DNA of 63,856 nucleotides, the filler included, from Octopus bimaculoides (lineage: Eukaryota): assembly GCF_001194135.2 (NCBI RefSeq). It is 7 parts of 7 records of this genome, joined end to end, with 100 filler letters (N's around TTAATTAATTAA, not from the genome) between each part and the next. Parts side by side here need not be neighbours in the genome. Positions count along the whole stretch, not along the records: positions 62,595 to 63,856 come from NW_026323112.1; 6 more parts are not named here. The stretch is one strand, 5' to 3'. This document shows, one piece after another, positions 62,595 through 63,856 of this stretch (its first letter is position 1; every line of letters starts with the position of its first letter). The notes under the pieces were generated by a model, which worked only from the letters and a program-made list of their open reading frames with translations, had not been told where the DNA came from and ran no database searches. The translations under genes and the position numbers were made by a program.

Positions 62595-63856
62595 TGTGCC
62601 TGCGCATGGGTGTATGTACATATGTATATATGTGTGTATCTGTGTGTGCGTGCACGCGAGGGTATGTACATATGTATATATACGTGTTTATGTGCATTTA
62701 TGAGTGTGTGTGTATGTTTGTGTGTGCGCGCGAGTTTATGTACATATGTATGAATATATGCGTGTGTGTGTTAGTGTGTCATGTGTATGCATATATGGAG
62801 ATCTAACGTGAATGTATTCTCTGGCAAAACAAGACGCCGTACTGTCTGCTTAATATCTTTTATTTTGTTTTCTCTGTGATCTTAGTGAATAGCCTACGAA
62901 ATTATATTATGATCTTATTGCCAATATGTACTACATGCAGCTGTTTAGAAACGTCCAATTCTATAATACAAACAAACAAATCTAAAATATATTATTTGTT
63001 CATGTCCTTGTGTATGCCCTTTTTCAACACTAGTTTGTCTCTGACAGAGCAGATTTAATTTCACTGGCACTACTAAAGTTATTATTTCATCATTTTCAAC
63101 ATCCACTAATCCTTAGTCAATTTGTCTTTCATTTATATATGGCTACGGTTATATTTGAAGTATATTTTGTTGCTATTCTTAGTTCCTATAGAAAACTTCT
63201 AGAGCAGCCATTGGCAAACTGAGGCTTGTTGGACTTTTTGAATGGCGCACCTATCAAAACATGTAACTTGATTTTCTTTTCAGGTGTGTGACCCTACCTG
63301 ATAATGTGTATAGACTCATGTGGCCGCTTATTATAGACAATTAGCCATGTCTATAGTAGAGGTTCTCTGTGGTTGAATCTATGGACAGAATAATCCACGT
63401 ATTCACTGCGCTATTGTGCTAGGAAGAATATTACTGCGTTTAACGTAGATGAAATTCATGTCCTTAATACTGATGTCCGGCGTAGTAGCATAAAATGTCA
63501 TTAGCGAGCATTAAATATACCATAGCTATTTATCTAAGAGTCANNNNNNNNNNATGTCATTAGCGAGCATTAAATATACCATAGCTATTTATCTAAGAGT
63601 CATTGTGGTTACTTATTCGAGTAGATATCAAGTAACATATTTTCTCTCATCTTCAATGAGTTATGTTTAAACAGTTCTACAATTGAAAGTCATATATTGC
63701 TGCAATGTAAATATGTCTTCAATTGCTATAAGACATTGACCCATATATGTTTATGTATGTATGTATATGTGTGTGTGTGTGTGTGCCTGTAATATATATG
63801 ACAATTATTCGGTTGCCATAATAAAGCTTCGTATTTGCATATATATATATATATAT

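Noticed and set aside
63495-63602. Exact ~50-bp direct repeat around a 10-N gap (similar at 27418-27490)
   Set aside because: Typical overlap artefact of a negative-size assembly gap.

Overview
Eukaryotic, AT-rich, microsatellite- and SINE-dense DNA, most likely an octopus/coleoid cephalopod (inference from the SINE families and the C2H2 zinc-finger style). The window is not one locus. Six identical 100-bp spacers (N44-TTAATTAATTAA-N44, stops in all six frames) join seven separate scaffolds, approx. 1-6382, 6483-10694, 10795-38611, 38712-49169, 49270-55646, 55747-62494 and 62595-63856. Supported coding content: (i) a 457-aa finger-only C2H2 zinc-finger gene (15715-17088, minus); (ii) the last ten exons of a GH31 glucosidase II alpha subunit (GANAB-like; 25009-38135, minus), which splice in frame and keep both catalytic motifs, with the 5' part cut off by the scaffold end; (iii) an isolated phase 1-1 Sushi/CCP-domain exon (8505-8675, minus) missed by the ORF track; (iv) a >=1.76-kb low-complexity Q/N/G/A/T-rich internal exon (53882-55646, plus). 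The rest is SINEs, RTE 3' tails, remnants of mariner, pogo, RLE-clade and Tx1/L1-clade elements, and many palindromic MITEs. The most interesting non-coding signal is a pair of matching promoter/first-exon modules (ATTGG-N11-CACGTG, AACGATGGC, GTAAGAYGACG donor) at about 12.5 kb and 21.4 kb. I found no strong evidence for a wholly novel system.
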